Assembly: GCA_002426195.1 (NCBI GenBank)
Contig: DIOT01000013.1
Location: 55,938 to 119,937, forward strand
Origin: Bacteroidales bacterium UBA5507
GTDB taxonomy: Bacteria; Bacteroidota; Bacteroidia; Bacteroidales; Lentimicrobiaceae
Length of the DNA: 64,000 bases
Direction of reading: 5' to 3'
The notes beneath the pieces were generated by a model. It had not been told where the DNA came from. It saw only the letters and a program-made list of their open reading frames with translations, and ran no database searches. Both the position numbers and the translations under genes were made by a program. Positions 28,995 to 39,261 of the stretch are shown one piece after another. Every line of letters begins with the position of its first letter. Position 1 is the stretch's first letter.

Positions 28995-30107
28995 CTAAAA
29001 CAAATGTCTGAACGGTATTAACATCCAGCCAAAGAACTTTTCTATGAGAGGTCTTCTGCGATATCTTTCCGGGTCAAAAGGATGACAGACTTTAAGACTT
29101 TCCTGAAGGTGTTTATCGATCATATCAACAATTTCGGGTTGTTTACCCGCGAGCATAATTTCATGCTGGTATCTGAAACTGCGATAATCGAAATTTGCCG
29201 ACCCCATAACGAAAGCTTCTTTATCGACCATCAAACACTTAGCATGAAGATTGCCTGATAAGTAGAACTGCATATTTATACCGGCTTCGTGCATACTCAT
29301 CAGGTACTTGTCCCTAAGTAAATCTACAAGCCTTACATCTGAATGTCTTGGCATTATAACGGTAACATTAACACCCCTCTCAGCAGCCTGGTACATGAAT
29401 TTACGCAGTTTATATCCGGGCATGAAATAGGGAGTTTCAACTATAATTTCCTTAGTGGCTTTTGAAATAAATTTCTCATAACGTTTCTTAATCATTTGCC
29501 TGTAAATAGAAGGCAAATCCTGTATGATCTCAAACCCGTTATAATAGATAGTCTTCTTATAGTTGAATTTGTTGAAAATGTACTTGTCTTTAAGCTTAAT
29601 ACATTCAAAAAAGGTTTTCTTGAATACAAGTGCAATCGGGCCTTCAATCCGGAGGCATAATTCACGCCACGTTGCCGAATAACCTGTAATATTAATAGAT
29701 CCAATGTAGGAAATCTCATCATCAATTATAAGCAACTTGCGATGGTTCCTGCGATGGTTCTTGGTAAAGAAGTCTACAAAAAACTTTATTTTCCTGAAAA
29801 ACAGCACTTCGCCCCCATTTCGTATAATGGGTTCAAAAAAAGACTTTTGAGGAGGAGTCCCCCAGGAATCGAACATGCAAACTACTTTAACACCCTGGGC
29901 AGCCTTCTCCGCCAGGATATTCCTGAATTTCTCTCCTGTAAAATCAAAGGCGATGCGGTAAATTTCCAGAAATATGCTCTTTTTGGCTTCTGATATATCC
30001 TTATACATAGAGCCAAGAATATCAGGTTGGGCATCCATAAGAGTCGTGCGGGGAGTTATAATTTGCTCCTCAACAGTTTCTTTTATGGGAGTAACCTTCT
30101 TTACCAT
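28995..30107 (-). CDS. Cardiolipin synthase-like phospholipase D family protein
   Basis: Two HKD motifs, RNHRKLLIIDD..GSIN and LHAKCLMVD..GSANFDYRS, plus TPYF. Confidence 0.88.
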   Translation of the reverse strand: MVKKVTPIKETVEEQIITPRTTLMDAQPDILGSMYKDISEAKKSIFLEIYRIAFDFTGEKFRNILAEKAAQGVKVVCMFDSWGTPPQKSFFEPIIRNGGEVLFFRKIKFFVDFFTKNHRRNHRKLLIIDDEISYIGSINITGYSATWRELCLRIEGPIALVFKKTFFECIKLKDKYIFNKFNYKKTIYYNGFEIIQDLPSIYRQMIKKRYEKFISKATKEIIVETPYFMPGYKLRKFMYQAAERGVNVTVIMPRHSDVRLVDLLRDKYLMSMHEAGINMQFYLSGNLHAKCLMVDKEAFVMGSANFDYRSFRYQHEIMLAGKQPEIVDMIDKHLQESLKVCHPFDPERYRRRPLIEKFFGWMLIPFRHLF

Positions 30108-30132
30108 AAGACCTTTATATGACTATTCCAGG

Positions 30133-30882
30133 CTAGAAACTGTTAAGTAAAGTCATCAACTCATCACGTTTCCGGTAAGATACGGGCACACTTGTATTAT
30201 CAGTCAACAAACAGATAAGCTCGTCTCTTTGGAACTTTCTTACAAAGTTAAGATTTATTATATGGGAGTTATGTACTCTGAAAAAGCTATTCTCTTCAAG
30301 TAGTTCATGGTATTCTTTCATTGAACGGGACACCAGGATTTTTTCACCTCCTGTGAGGTGAAAAACAGTATAATTCCTATCAGATTCACATCTGATTATC
30401 CGGCCTACCTCTATAACATGAATCGTATTTAAGGTTCTGAGGACAATTTTCTTGTGCTGATTTGAACTATTTACTTTATTAATACTCTCCAGTAAAAGCC
30501 TCACAGTGTCAGTTATTGATGACTCCGGCTTTGACAAACTAGCCCTTTCAACAGCCTGTTTTAGCTCATTGGGATCAATTGGCTTAGTCACATAGTCAAT
30601 AGCATTAAACTTGAATGCCTTTATTGCATACTCCTCATATGCTGTGACAAAAATTATTTTAAAATTGATTTCAGGGAACTTGTTTAACAAGTCAAATCCC
30701 GTACCATCAGGCATTTTGATATCCAAAAACACCAGGTCTGGTTCATTCTTAATAATGCTTGAATAACCCGATTCAACGCCATCACCTTCTCCAACTATTT
30801 CAATTGTTGGACATGAGACATGTAACATTCTTTTAATGCTATCTCTCGAATTTGCTTCATCATCTACTATAATTGCTCTCAT
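30133..30882 (-). CDS. LytTR-family response regulator
   Basis: Receiver domain IIVDDE..FLDIKMPDGTGF..TAY..KP and LytTR domain FFRVHNSHIINL. Confidence 0.93.
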   Translation of the reverse strand: MRAIIVDDEANSRDSIKRMLHVSCPTIEIVGEGDGVESGYSSIIKNEPDLVFLDIKMPDGTGFDLLNKFPEINFKIIFVTAYEEYAIKAFKFNAIDYVTKPIDPNELKQAVERASLSKPESSITDTVRLLLESINKVNSSNQHKKIVLRTLNTIHVIEVGRIIRCESDRNYTVFHLTGGEKILVSRSMKEYHELLEENSFFRVHNSHIINLNFVRKFQRDELICLLTDNTSVPVSYRKRDELMTLLNSF

Positions 30883-31029
30883 ATCCTTTGCTTGTTTCTA
30901 TGATTAATCAAAAATAGAAATTTTTCATAGAAGCCATATAATTTTTCGAAACAATTTTATAACAACATAATTATGTGGTAGGGCTTTTACGGATATTAAT
31001 GTAACTTCGCAACTTATACATGATGTTTT

Positions 31030-31902
31030 ATGATTAAATCAATGACCGGTTTTGGACGGAGCACTGCCGATCTGGCCTCCAAAGTCGTAACAATTGAGAT
31101 CAGATCGCTTAATAGCAAGCAATTGGATCTAAATATTAAGTTACCATCAGCTTTTAGAGAAAAAGAACCTGAAATTAGAAATATAATTTCTCAGAGTCTC
31201 GAAAGGGGTAAAGTTGAATTTACTGCCAATCTTGATTTTACAAACGGTGAATTACCTGCTGTAATTAATCATTCATTAGTAAAGAATTACTATAATGAAC
31301 TTAAAGGAATCATGGCAGAACTTGGGGAATCAGGAACTGACCTGTTATCAGTGGTTATGAAAATACCTGAAGTACTCAAACCTTCGCGCGATCTGCTTAC
31401 TGAAAATGAATGGGATAGAATAAAAATTTGCATAAAAGAGGCTCTCACATCACTTAACGACTTCCGGGAACATGAAGGTGGTCAGCTAGAAAATGATTTC
31501 AGGTTGCGTATTAATAATATTTCTTCGATGCTTGATGGTTTATTCGAATTTGAAGAAGCCCGTAATATAAACTTCAGGGAGAAATTGAGAGCATCGGTAA
31601 GTGAATTTGCAGCAAACAATACCCTCGACTCAAACCGCTTCGAACAGGAAATAATATATTATCTTGAAAAACTTGACATAACAGAAGAAAAAGTACGACT
31701 TCGTAAACACCTCGATTACTTTAATGAAGCGCTCACTGATAGTTCATCAAATGGTCGGAAATTATCCTTTGTCACGCAGGAAATCGGAAGAGAAATAAAT
31801 ACTATCGGGTCAAAAGCCAATGATGCCAATATTCAACGGGTGGTAGTTCAGATGAAGGATGAGCTTGAAAAGATTAAAGAGCAACTGGCCAATATTCTCT
31901 AA
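31030..31902 (+). CDS. yicC: YicC/YloC family endoribonuclease
   Basis: MIKSMTGFGR, SLNSK, EKLDITEEKVRL, GRKL.F..QEIGREINTIGSKAN. Confidence 0.93.
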   Translation: MIKSMTGFGRSTADLASKVVTIEIRSLNSKQLDLNIKLPSAFREKEPEIRNIISQSLERGKVEFTANLDFTNGELPAVINHSLVKNYYNELKGIMAELGESGTDLLSVVMKIPEVLKPSRDLLTENEWDRIKICIKEALTSLNDFREHEGGQLENDFRLRINNISSMLDGLFEFEEARNINFREKLRASVSEFAANNTLDSNRFEQEIIYYLEKLDITEEKVRLRKHLDYFNEALTDSSSNGRKLSFVTQEIGREINTIGSKANDANIQRVVVQMKDELEKIKEQLANIL

Positions 31903-31929
31903 TTTTGCAGTTTTCTGAACACTTAAAGC

Positions 31930-32502
31930 ATGCCAAGAGAGCCAAAACTTATAATCGTATCAGCACCATCAGGGTCAGGTAAAACCACAATTGTTAAACA
32001 TCTGCTGAGTAACTTTCCTAATCTCGCTTTTTCTATCTCGGCAACAAGCCGTGAAATCCGTAAAGGCGAAACTGATGGAAAAGATTATTACTTCATTTCG
32101 GTCGACCGGTTTAAGGATAAAATTAAGTCAAATGATCTGCTTGAGTGGGAAGAAGTATATTCCGGCACTTTTTACGGTACACTGAAAAGTGAAATTGACA
32201 AGCAGTTAAACAATGGCAGGGATGTGATTTTTGATGTAGATGTGGTTGGAGGCTTAAATATTAAGAAGTTTTTCGGTGACAGAGCTCTATCAGTATTTGT
32301 TTGTCCTCCATCAATTGATGAATTAGAGAACAGATTAAAATGCAGAAACACTGACTCTGATGAAACAATAATAAAACGGGTAAACAAAGCTGCAAAAGAG
32401 TTGGAATATTCCAATAAGTTTGACTTCATACTGATTAATGATAATTTAGAAGAAGCAAAAAAGGTAATAGTGGAGAAGGTGGCTGAATTTCTTAACAGAT
32501 AA
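31930..32502 (+). CDS. gmk: Guanylate kinase
   Basis: P-loop APSGSGKTT, SATSR..R.GE.DGKDYYF, YGTL, DVDVVG. Confidence 0.96.
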   Translation: MPREPKLIIVSAPSGSGKTTIVKHLLSNFPNLAFSISATSREIRKGETDGKDYYFISVDRFKDKIKSNDLLEWEEVYSGTFYGTLKSEIDKQLNNGRDVIFDVDVVGGLNIKKFFGDRALSVFVCPPSIDELENRLKCRNTDSDETIIKRVNKAAKELEYSNKFDFILINDNLEEAKKVIVEKVAEFLNR

Positions 32503-32512
32503 CCTTTTAAGG

Positions 32513-33100
32513 ATGGGTGATATTAATAAATTTACCGGCCTGTTTTTCGGATCATTTAATCCAATCCATATTGGTCATATGATGCTTGCCGAATATATGG
32601 TAGAGTTTACACAATTAGATGAACTTTGGTTTGTTATATCACCTCACAATCCGCTTAAAGAGAAAAACACTCTGCTAAATGATTACAACAGGTTTGAAAT
32701 GGTGCAGGCTGCCATCGGCACCGACAACAGATTCCGTGTTTCAGATGTGGAATTCCATTTACCAAGACCTTCATATACAATTGATACTTTAACCTATCTG
32801 TCGGAAAAATATCCCGAAAGGTCATTTATGCTGATTGGTGGAACTGACAACCTTAGATCATTTCATAAATGGAAAAATTATCAGGAAATACTAAACCACT
32901 ACAAATTACTTTTGTATCCTCGTCATGGCAGTGAAGATCACCCACTCACAAAACATCAGTCTGTTGAGATAATAGAAGCTCCACGACTTGAGATTTCGTC
33001 AAGTTTTATAAGAGGAGCAATCAAAAGCAAAAGATCAGTAAGATATTTCCTCCCCGAACCCGTTTTTAGATTGATAGACAAATACGGATATTACCTTTAA
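32513..33100 (+). CDS. nadD: Nicotinate-nucleotide adenylyltransferase
   Basis: GSFNPIHIGH, PSYTIDTL, KWKN, ISSSFIR. Confidence 0.95.
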   Translation: MGDINKFTGLFFGSFNPIHIGHMMLAEYMVEFTQLDELWFVISPHNPLKEKNTLLNDYNRFEMVQAAIGTDNRFRVSDVEFHLPRPSYTIDTLTYLSEKYPERSFMLIGGTDNLRSFHKWKNYQEILNHYKLLLYPRHGSEDHPLTKHQSVEIIEAPRLEISSSFIRGAIKSKRSVRYFLPEPVFRLIDKYGYYL

Positions 33101-33156
33101 CGCAATTTTATTACTTTTACACTCGCCGTGGGGCTTCTATAAAACGCTTCGTATTA

Positions 33157-34290
33157 ATGAGATTTGGTGATATTCCGGGACAACAACCGATAAAGGACAG
33201 GCTTCGTAAAACAGTACATGATCATAGAGTCAGTCATGCACAATTATTTTTTGGCCAGGGTGGCTCAGGAAAACTTGCAATGGCATTGGCTTACGCTCAA
33301 TACATTAACTGCAGCAACCGAACTGAGGAAGATTCATGCGGAACTTGTCCGTCATGTCTTCAATATAGTAAACAAGCTCACCCCGACCTTCATTTTCTTT
33401 ATCCAATCGCATCTACCAAAGAATTCGATAAAGATCCGGTAAGTACCATGTTCTTAGGGTACTGGCGCAAGATGATCGCTAAGCACAATGGATTTTTCAC
33501 CTTAAATGAATGGTACGAACAAATAGGAATGGAAAACAAGCAGGGCCTTATTAATACTGCTGATTGTAATGACCTGGTGAGAAAGCTCAGTTACACTTCC
33601 TATGAATCGGAGTATAAAGTAATGATAATATGGATGGTTGAGAAAATTCACCATCAGGGAGCTAATAAAATATTGAAGATCCTTGAGGAACCACCCGATA
33701 AGACCTTATTTATACTCATAACAGAGCAACAGGAGCTTATACTGCCGACCATACTTTCGAGAACCCAACTTGTAAAGTTTCCCAGATATACCAACGATGA
33801 CCTGAAAGCAGGATTAATGCAGATGACAGGTTGCACTGCCGAACAGGCAAAAAATGCTGCAGGATTAGCGGAAGGAAATCTAACAGAAGCAATTAGAATA
33901 GTAGGTGAGGGAGATACAGAAACTGAATTATTCATAATTTTCCGTAACTGGATGCGTCTCTGTTATCGTGATGATATCGTTGGCATTCAGAAAATTGCCG
34001 ATGAATTAAAAGACAATGGCCGAGAGTTTACAAAGAGATTTTTTCAATATGCCCTCAAAGTTTGTCGTTATTGCACATTTAATAACTTCAAACTTCCAAA
34101 CTTAATAAGTGCTGAAGGTGAAGAAGATGAATTCATTACAAAATTCTCTCCGTTTATAAATCCTTCGAACGTTGAGTTCTTCATTAAAGAGTTTAATGAA
34201 GCTATTTACCATACAGAAAGAAATGCCCATATATCATTAATGATAATGGACATCTCTTTAAAATCTATGAAGTGGTTAAAAATTAATTAA
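33157..34290 (+). CDS. holB: DNA polymerase III subunit delta'
   Basis: HAQLF, zinc motif CSNR..CGTCPSC, HPDLHF, NKILKILEEPP, LPTILSR. Confidence 0.9.
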   Translation: MRFGDIPGQQPIKDRLRKTVHDHRVSHAQLFFGQGGSGKLAMALAYAQYINCSNRTEEDSCGTCPSCLQYSKQAHPDLHFLYPIASTKEFDKDPVSTMFLGYWRKMIAKHNGFFTLNEWYEQIGMENKQGLINTADCNDLVRKLSYTSYESEYKVMIIWMVEKIHHQGANKILKILEEPPDKTLFILITEQQELILPTILSRTQLVKFPRYTNDDLKAGLMQMTGCTAEQAKNAAGLAEGNLTEAIRIVGEGDTETELFIIFRNWMRLCYRDDIVGIQKIADELKDNGREFTKRFFQYALKVCRYCTFNNFKLPNLISAEGEEDEFITKFSPFINPSNVEFFIKEFNEAIYHTERNAHISLMIMDISLKSMKWLKIN

Positions 34291-35070
34291 TCAGATTCCA
34301 CCGCCTCCTCTTACATTTTCACCTTTGCGGGCACCTAATTTGGCTGCAAGGAATTCACGATTCAGACGGGCAATATTTTCGAGAGTAATCAATTTTGGGC
34401 ATTCAGCTTCACAAGCACCTGTGTTTGTGCAATTACCAAATCCCTGGCGATCCATTTCGGCCACCATCTTTTGAACACGCTCATGCGCTTCAATCCTACC
34501 TTGTGGTAATAGGGCAAACTTCGAAACAAATGCGCCAACAAATAGCATAGCTGAAGCATTTTTACATGCAGCAACACAAGCACCACATGAAATACAAGCA
34601 GCTGCATCCATAGCTAATTCGGCATCAACCTTTGGAATAGGAATTGCATTACCATCGGGCACTCCACCGGTATTCACACTTACATAACCGCCTGCCTGAA
34701 CTATTTTATCAAAAGCTGTTCGGTCAACAATAAGGTCTTTCAGAACCGGAAAAGCTCTTGCACGCCATGGTTCTATCACGATAGTATCACCGTCTTTAAA
34801 TTTACGCATATGTAACTGACAGGTAGTAACACCTGTATCAGGGCCATGAGGACGACCATTTATAAACATGCTGCAGGTTCCGCAAATTCCCTCCCTGCAG
34901 TCATGGTCAAATGCTACAGGCTCGTCACCCTTAGTTACCAATGATTCATTGAGTTCATCCATCATTTCGAGGAAAGAACTTCCCGGAGAAATATCTTTTA
35001 TCTTGTAAGTAACGAATTTACCTTTACTTGAAGCATTTGGCTGACGCCATATTTTGAGTGTAAGATCCAT
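34291..35070 (-). CDS. sdhB: Succinate dehydrogenase/fumarate reductase iron-sulfur subunit
   Basis: [30 protein letters not shown] Fe-S motifs. Confidence 0.95.
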   Translation of the reverse strand: MDLTLKIWRQPNASSKGKFVTYKIKDISPGSSFLEMMDELNESLVTKGDEPVAFDHDCREGICGTCSMFINGRPHGPDTGVTTCQLHMRKFKDGDTIVIEPWRARAFPVLKDLIVDRTAFDKIVQAGGYVSVNTGGVPDGNAIPIPKVDAELAMDAAACISCGACVAACKNASAMLFVGAFVSKFALLPQGRIEAHERVQKMVAEMDRQGFGNCTNTGACEAECPKLITLENIARLNREFLAAKLGARKGENVRGGGGI

Positions 35071-35076
35071 AACGTT

Positions 35077-37017
35077 CTATTTATAATTCCTTTGTTTTAC
35101 CTCGATGAATTCATAATTAAGCCCTTCCTTAATAAGATCAGGTTCAGTATTCTCACCCTTATAACCCCAGGCTGCTACATATTTAAACACTTCATCGTTG
35201 CGGAGTGCTTCACCATCGGGTGTTTGATGTTCTTCACGGAAATGGCCACCACATGATTCTTCTCTCATCAGAGCATCTTTAGCCATAAGTTCTCCTAATT
35301 CAAGAAAATCTGCTACTCTTCCGGCTTTCTCAAGCTCCATGTTAATTGAGAATGCATCACCGGGTATCTTAACATCTTTCCAGAATTCTTCTCTTACAAC
35401 CTTTATTTCCTCGATAGCATTCCTGAGTCCCTGCTCATTACGCGCCATACCAACCTGTTCCCACATAATGTGTCCCAGTCTTCTATGGAAAGTATCAACG
35501 GTAGTCTTGCCTTTGATGTTCATGAGGCGGTTTATCTTATCAACCACCTGTTTTTCAGCTTCAATGAATTCAGGAAGATCAGGTGAAATGCGGGGAACTG
35601 AAATCTGATCAGCCAGATAATTCTGGATTGTATAAGGTAATACGAAATAACCATCTGCAAGGCCCTGCATAAGAGCAGAAGCGCCTAAGCGGTTAGCTCC
35701 GTGGTCACTAAAGTTAGCTTCACCTGCTGCAAATAATCCCGGCACTGTAGTCATTAATTCATAGTCAACCCAAAGACCGCCCATGGTATAATGGACAGCA
35801 GGATATATCATCATAGGTACCTTGTACGGGTTTTCGTCAACAATCTTTTCATACATCTGGAAAAGATTTCCATAGCGTGCTTCAATTACATTATGACCCA
35901 GACGATTAATGGCATCAGCAAAATCGAGGTAAACAGCCCTACCTGTCTCCCCTACTCCAAACCCGGCATCACATCTTTCTTTTGCAGCTCTCGAAGCAAC
36001 ATCCCTGGGCACGAGGTTACCAAATGCAGGATATCTTCTTTCAAGATAGTAATCTCTATCCTCTTCTTTAATATCGAGTGGCGATTTCTTTCCTTCCCTT
36101 ATGAGAGCAGCATCTTCAAGCTTCTTTGGCACCCAGATCCGACCATCATTCCTTAAACTTTCGCTCATCAGTGTTAATTTTGACTGATGCTCTCCATGTA
36201 CCGGTATACAGGTAGGATGGATCTGAGTGAAACATGGATTTCCGAAATATGCGCCCTTCTTGTATGCTTTCCATATTGCTGTCACGTTCGAACCCATGGC
36301 ATTTGTCGAAAGGAAGAATACATTACCATAACCGCCGGTAGCTAGAACAACAGCATGAGCTGAATGTCTCTCGATTTTTCCTGAAACAAGGTCCCTTACA
36401 ATAACACCTCTTGCGCGACCATCAACAATCACAACATCAAGCATCTCATGTCGTGTGTACATTTCCACATTTCCTTTATGTATCTGACGGGATAATGCAC
36501 TGTAAGCGCCTAATAATAGTTGCTGTCCGGTTTGTCCTCTTGCATAGAATGTCCTTGAAACCTGAGATCCGCCAAACGACCTGTTATCGAGAAGTCCACC
36601 ATACTCTCTTGCAAAAGGCACCCCCTGGGCAACGCACTGGTCAATAATATTATTACTAACCTCAGCAAGACGATATACATTTGCTTCTCTGGCTCTGTAA
36701 TCACCTCCTTTTATGGTATCATAAAAAAGTCTTTGAATACTGTCACCGTCGTTTTGATAGTTTTTGGCGGCATTGATTCCGCCCTGGGCGGCAATACTAT
36801 GCGCTCTTCGCGGACTATCCTGGTAACAATAAGCTTTTACCTTGAAACCCATCTCAGCAAGAGAGGCTGCAGCAGAAGCACCTGCTAAACCGGTGCCTAC
36901 TACAATCACATCAAGCTTTCTTTTATTTGCAGGATTTACAAGTTTTGCCTGTGATTTGTAGGATGTCCACTTTGTTTCCAGTGGTCCCTGCGGTATCTTT
37001 GAATTTAACTCTGCCAT
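35077..37017 (-). CDS. sdhA: Succinate dehydrogenase/fumarate reductase flavoprotein subunit
   Basis: [20 protein letters not shown] (covalent FAD His), [26 protein letters not shown]. Confidence 0.96.
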   Translation of the reverse strand: MAELNSKIPQGPLETKWTSYKSQAKLVNPANKRKLDVIVVGTGLAGASAAASLAEMGFKVKAYCYQDSPRRAHSIAAQGGINAAKNYQNDGDSIQRLFYDTIKGGDYRAREANVYRLAEVSNNIIDQCVAQGVPFAREYGGLLDNRSFGGSQVSRTFYARGQTGQQLLLGAYSALSRQIHKGNVEMYTRHEMLDVVIVDGRARGVIVRDLVSGKIERHSAHAVVLATGGYGNVFFLSTNAMGSNVTAIWKAYKKGAYFGNPCFTQIHPTCIPVHGEHQSKLTLMSESLRNDGRIWVPKKLEDAALIREGKKSPLDIKEEDRDYYLERRYPAFGNLVPRDVASRAAKERCDAGFGVGETGRAVYLDFADAINRLGHNVIEARYGNLFQMYEKIVDENPYKVPMMIYPAVHYTMGGLWVDYELMTTVPGLFAAGEANFSDHGANRLGASALMQGLADGYFVLPYTIQNYLADQISVPRISPDLPEFIEAEKQVVDKINRLMNIKGKTTVDTFHRRLGHIMWEQVGMARNEQGLRNAIEEIKVVREEFWKDVKIPGDAFSINMELEKAGRVADFLELGELMAKDALMREESCGGHFREEHQTPDGEALRNDEVFKYVAAWGYKGENTEPDLIKEGLNYEFIEVKQRNYK

Positions 37018-37069
37018 AGATCTTCAGATTGTATTTTTTTACTTTTTGATTCTTTTTTATGCAAGCCGC

Positions 37070-37747
37070 TTAAACAGGTAGCTGCCGGTAGAAATAAATT
37101 ACCACCGGAATAGTGATAAAACCAACAGTAAGAACAATTGCTATAATACGGCTGATAATGAAAACTGTGGGAGTATATTTATTGTGATTAAATCCCAGAG
37201 ACTGAAGACCGGAATGAAATGCATGGTCAAGGTGGAAACCTAATAACAGCAGCCAGATTATATAAATTATGGTATGCGGAAGCTGCCTGAACTTTACAAG
37301 CACCAACTTAGCCATATCTTCGTATTCAGTACCGTTGTATACTACATGCTCAATGTTTCCGGTTTTTGCCTGAAAGAAGAAATTATAGAGATGATAAATT
37401 AAAACCAGAAAAATCAGCATTCCGGTATGAATCATAAATTTAGAGAATGGTGACATCTCCGAGTAGGGAGCCACTTTATATCTCTTGGGTCTGGCCTTCC
37501 AGTTTTGTATCTGCAAAACAATACCCATTATTATGTGTATGATGAATCCACCAAACAAAAATATCTGCATAAACTGAATTATCGGGTTTGACACCATAAA
37601 GTGTGCAGCCTTGTTGAAGGTTTCACCATTGTCATTAATAAGAACCAGCAGATTTACAGTCATGTGCACAAACAGGAACGCTATCAAAAACAATCCTGCA
37701 AGCGACATAATAACCTTCTTTGTGATGGAGGAGTACTTAAGGGCCAT
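37070..37747 (-). CDS. sdhC: Succinate dehydrogenase/fumarate reductase cytochrome b subunit
   Basis: Five TM helices with conserved His residues. First gene of the sdhCAB-type operon. Confidence 0.9.
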   Translation of the reverse strand: MALKYSSITKKVIMSLAGLFLIAFLFVHMTVNLLVLINDNGETFNKAAHFMVSNPIIQFMQIFLFGGFIIHIIMGIVLQIQNWKARPKRYKVAPYSEMSPFSKFMIHTGMLIFLVLIYHLYNFFFQAKTGNIEHVVYNGTEYEDMAKLVLVKFRQLPHTIIYIIWLLLLGFHLDHAFHSGLQSLGFNHNKYTPTVFIISRIIAIVLTVGFITIPVVIYFYRQLPV

Positions 37748-37824
37748 AATATATCAGTTATTAAATTAAATATTCTCAATTAACAAATTAACCGGTTAAC
37801 TACTTTTAAAGTTAAATTGTTGCT

Positions 37825-37869
37825 TAAATTTGCGAAACAAGGAAGCCGGCATTTAGTTGTACAAAGATA
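37825..37869. promoter_or_regulatory. Opposed -7 boxes: TAAATTTG (+, 37825-37832) and TATCTTTG (-, 37862-37869)
   Basis: Two exact TAnnTTTG matches in the sdhC/aminopeptidase intergenic region. Confidence 0.5.
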
Positions 37870-37928
37870 TAGATTTACACTTATCCGCATGCCATATTTT
37901 AGAATTCAAACTACCTAAAACCCTTATT

Positions 37929-39239
37929 ATGCGATATCAACCTATTGACTCTTCACTCTTTATTAATAACCGCCGCAAAATTGAAAAGAAGCTTAAGCCA
38001 AACTCTCTTGCAATAGTTCATTCATCAGATGAAATGCCACGGAATGGAGACCAAACCTACACTTTTCGTCAAAACAGTGATATGTTCTATCTTTCCGGTC
38101 TTGATCAGGAGAAAACCATTCTTACACTTTTTCCAAACCATCCCGATGAGAACCTGAGAGAAATTGCATTCATTGTTGAAACCAATGACCATATGGTTAC
38201 CTGGTATGGCCATAAATATTCACTGGAACAAGCATTGCAAATCTCTGGCATTAAGACCATTAAATGGCTGAGTCAGTTTGACAGTATCCTGAGGGACTTT
38301 ATGACAAGAGCCAACTACATCTATTTAAATATTGAGGAAAATGCAAAATTTGTTCCCGACATTGAGTCGAGGAATCACCGTTTCGCTAAAGAACTCAAAG
38401 AGAAATATCCGCTTCATGAATATGAACGTCTTGCTCCACTAATCATTGAAGAGCGGTTGGTAAAAGAACCGGAGGAAATAAAGATTCTCAAGAAAGCATG
38501 TGATATTACCAAAGATGCTTTTAACAGAGTATTAAGAGTCGTTAAACCGGGTTTAACGGAATATGAAGTTGAAGCTGAAATAACTTATGAGTTTTTGCGA
38601 CAGGGTGCTTCAGGACATGCCTACCCTCCTATTGTTGCATCAGGTGTTAACAACAATATTCTGCATTACAATCAAAATGATCAAATATGCAAAGATGGCG
38701 AGTTGCTGCTTCTTGATATTGGTGCTGAATATGCAAATTATGCCGCAGACCTCTCAAGAACTATTCCTGTAAATGGCAAGTTTACACCACGCCAGCGGGA
38801 AGTTTATGAAGCAGTCCTGAGAATCCTGAAACAGGCTTCGAAAATGCTGGTACCCGGAGTTACTATAGATAGCTTCCATGCAAAGGTTACCAAAATTATG
38901 GAAAATGAACTCATAAAGCTGGGACTTATAACGCAAAATGATATTGACAACCAATCGGATTCCACACCGGCATACTTTAAATATTACATGCATGGCACCT
39001 CACACTTCATCGGACTTGATGTACATGATGTGGGTAACAAGCAGTTACAACTCCAGAGAGGAATGGTGCTAAGCTGTGAACCTGGCATTTATATTCCGCA
39101 GGAAGGTTTCGGTATCAGACTTGAAAATGATATTTTAGTTGATTATGAGCCTGTCGACCTGATGGCGAATATACCAATTGAGCCTGATGAAATCGAAGCT
39201 CTTATGAGTTTAAAGGCAAACCAAATGATAAATGCATAA
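37929..39239 (+). CDS. Xaa-Pro aminopeptidase (M24B), copy 1
   Basis: AMP_N domain (FRQNSDMFYLSG) and metal ligands D..D (DIGAEYANYAAD), HGTSH..LDVHD, EPGIY, RLEND. ATG 37929 preferred over TTG 37857. Confidence 0.92.
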   Translation: MRYQPIDSSLFINNRRKIEKKLKPNSLAIVHSSDEMPRNGDQTYTFRQNSDMFYLSGLDQEKTILTLFPNHPDENLREIAFIVETNDHMVTWYGHKYSLEQALQISGIKTIKWLSQFDSILRDFMTRANYIYLNIEENAKFVPDIESRNHRFAKELKEKYPLHEYERLAPLIIEERLVKEPEEIKILKKACDITKDAFNRVLRVVKPGLTEYEVEAEITYEFLRQGASGHAYPPIVASGVNNNILHYNQNDQICKDGELLLLDIGAEYANYAADLSRTIPVNGKFTPRQREVYEAVLRILKQASKMLVPGVTIDSFHAKVTKIMENELIKLGLITQNDIDNQSDSTPAYFKYYMHGTSHFIGLDVHDVGNKQLQLQRGMVLSCEPGIYIPQEGFGIRLENDILVDYEPVDLMANIPIEPDEIEALMSLKANQMINA

Positions 39240-39261
39240 AAATTAAAAACAAATACACGAT

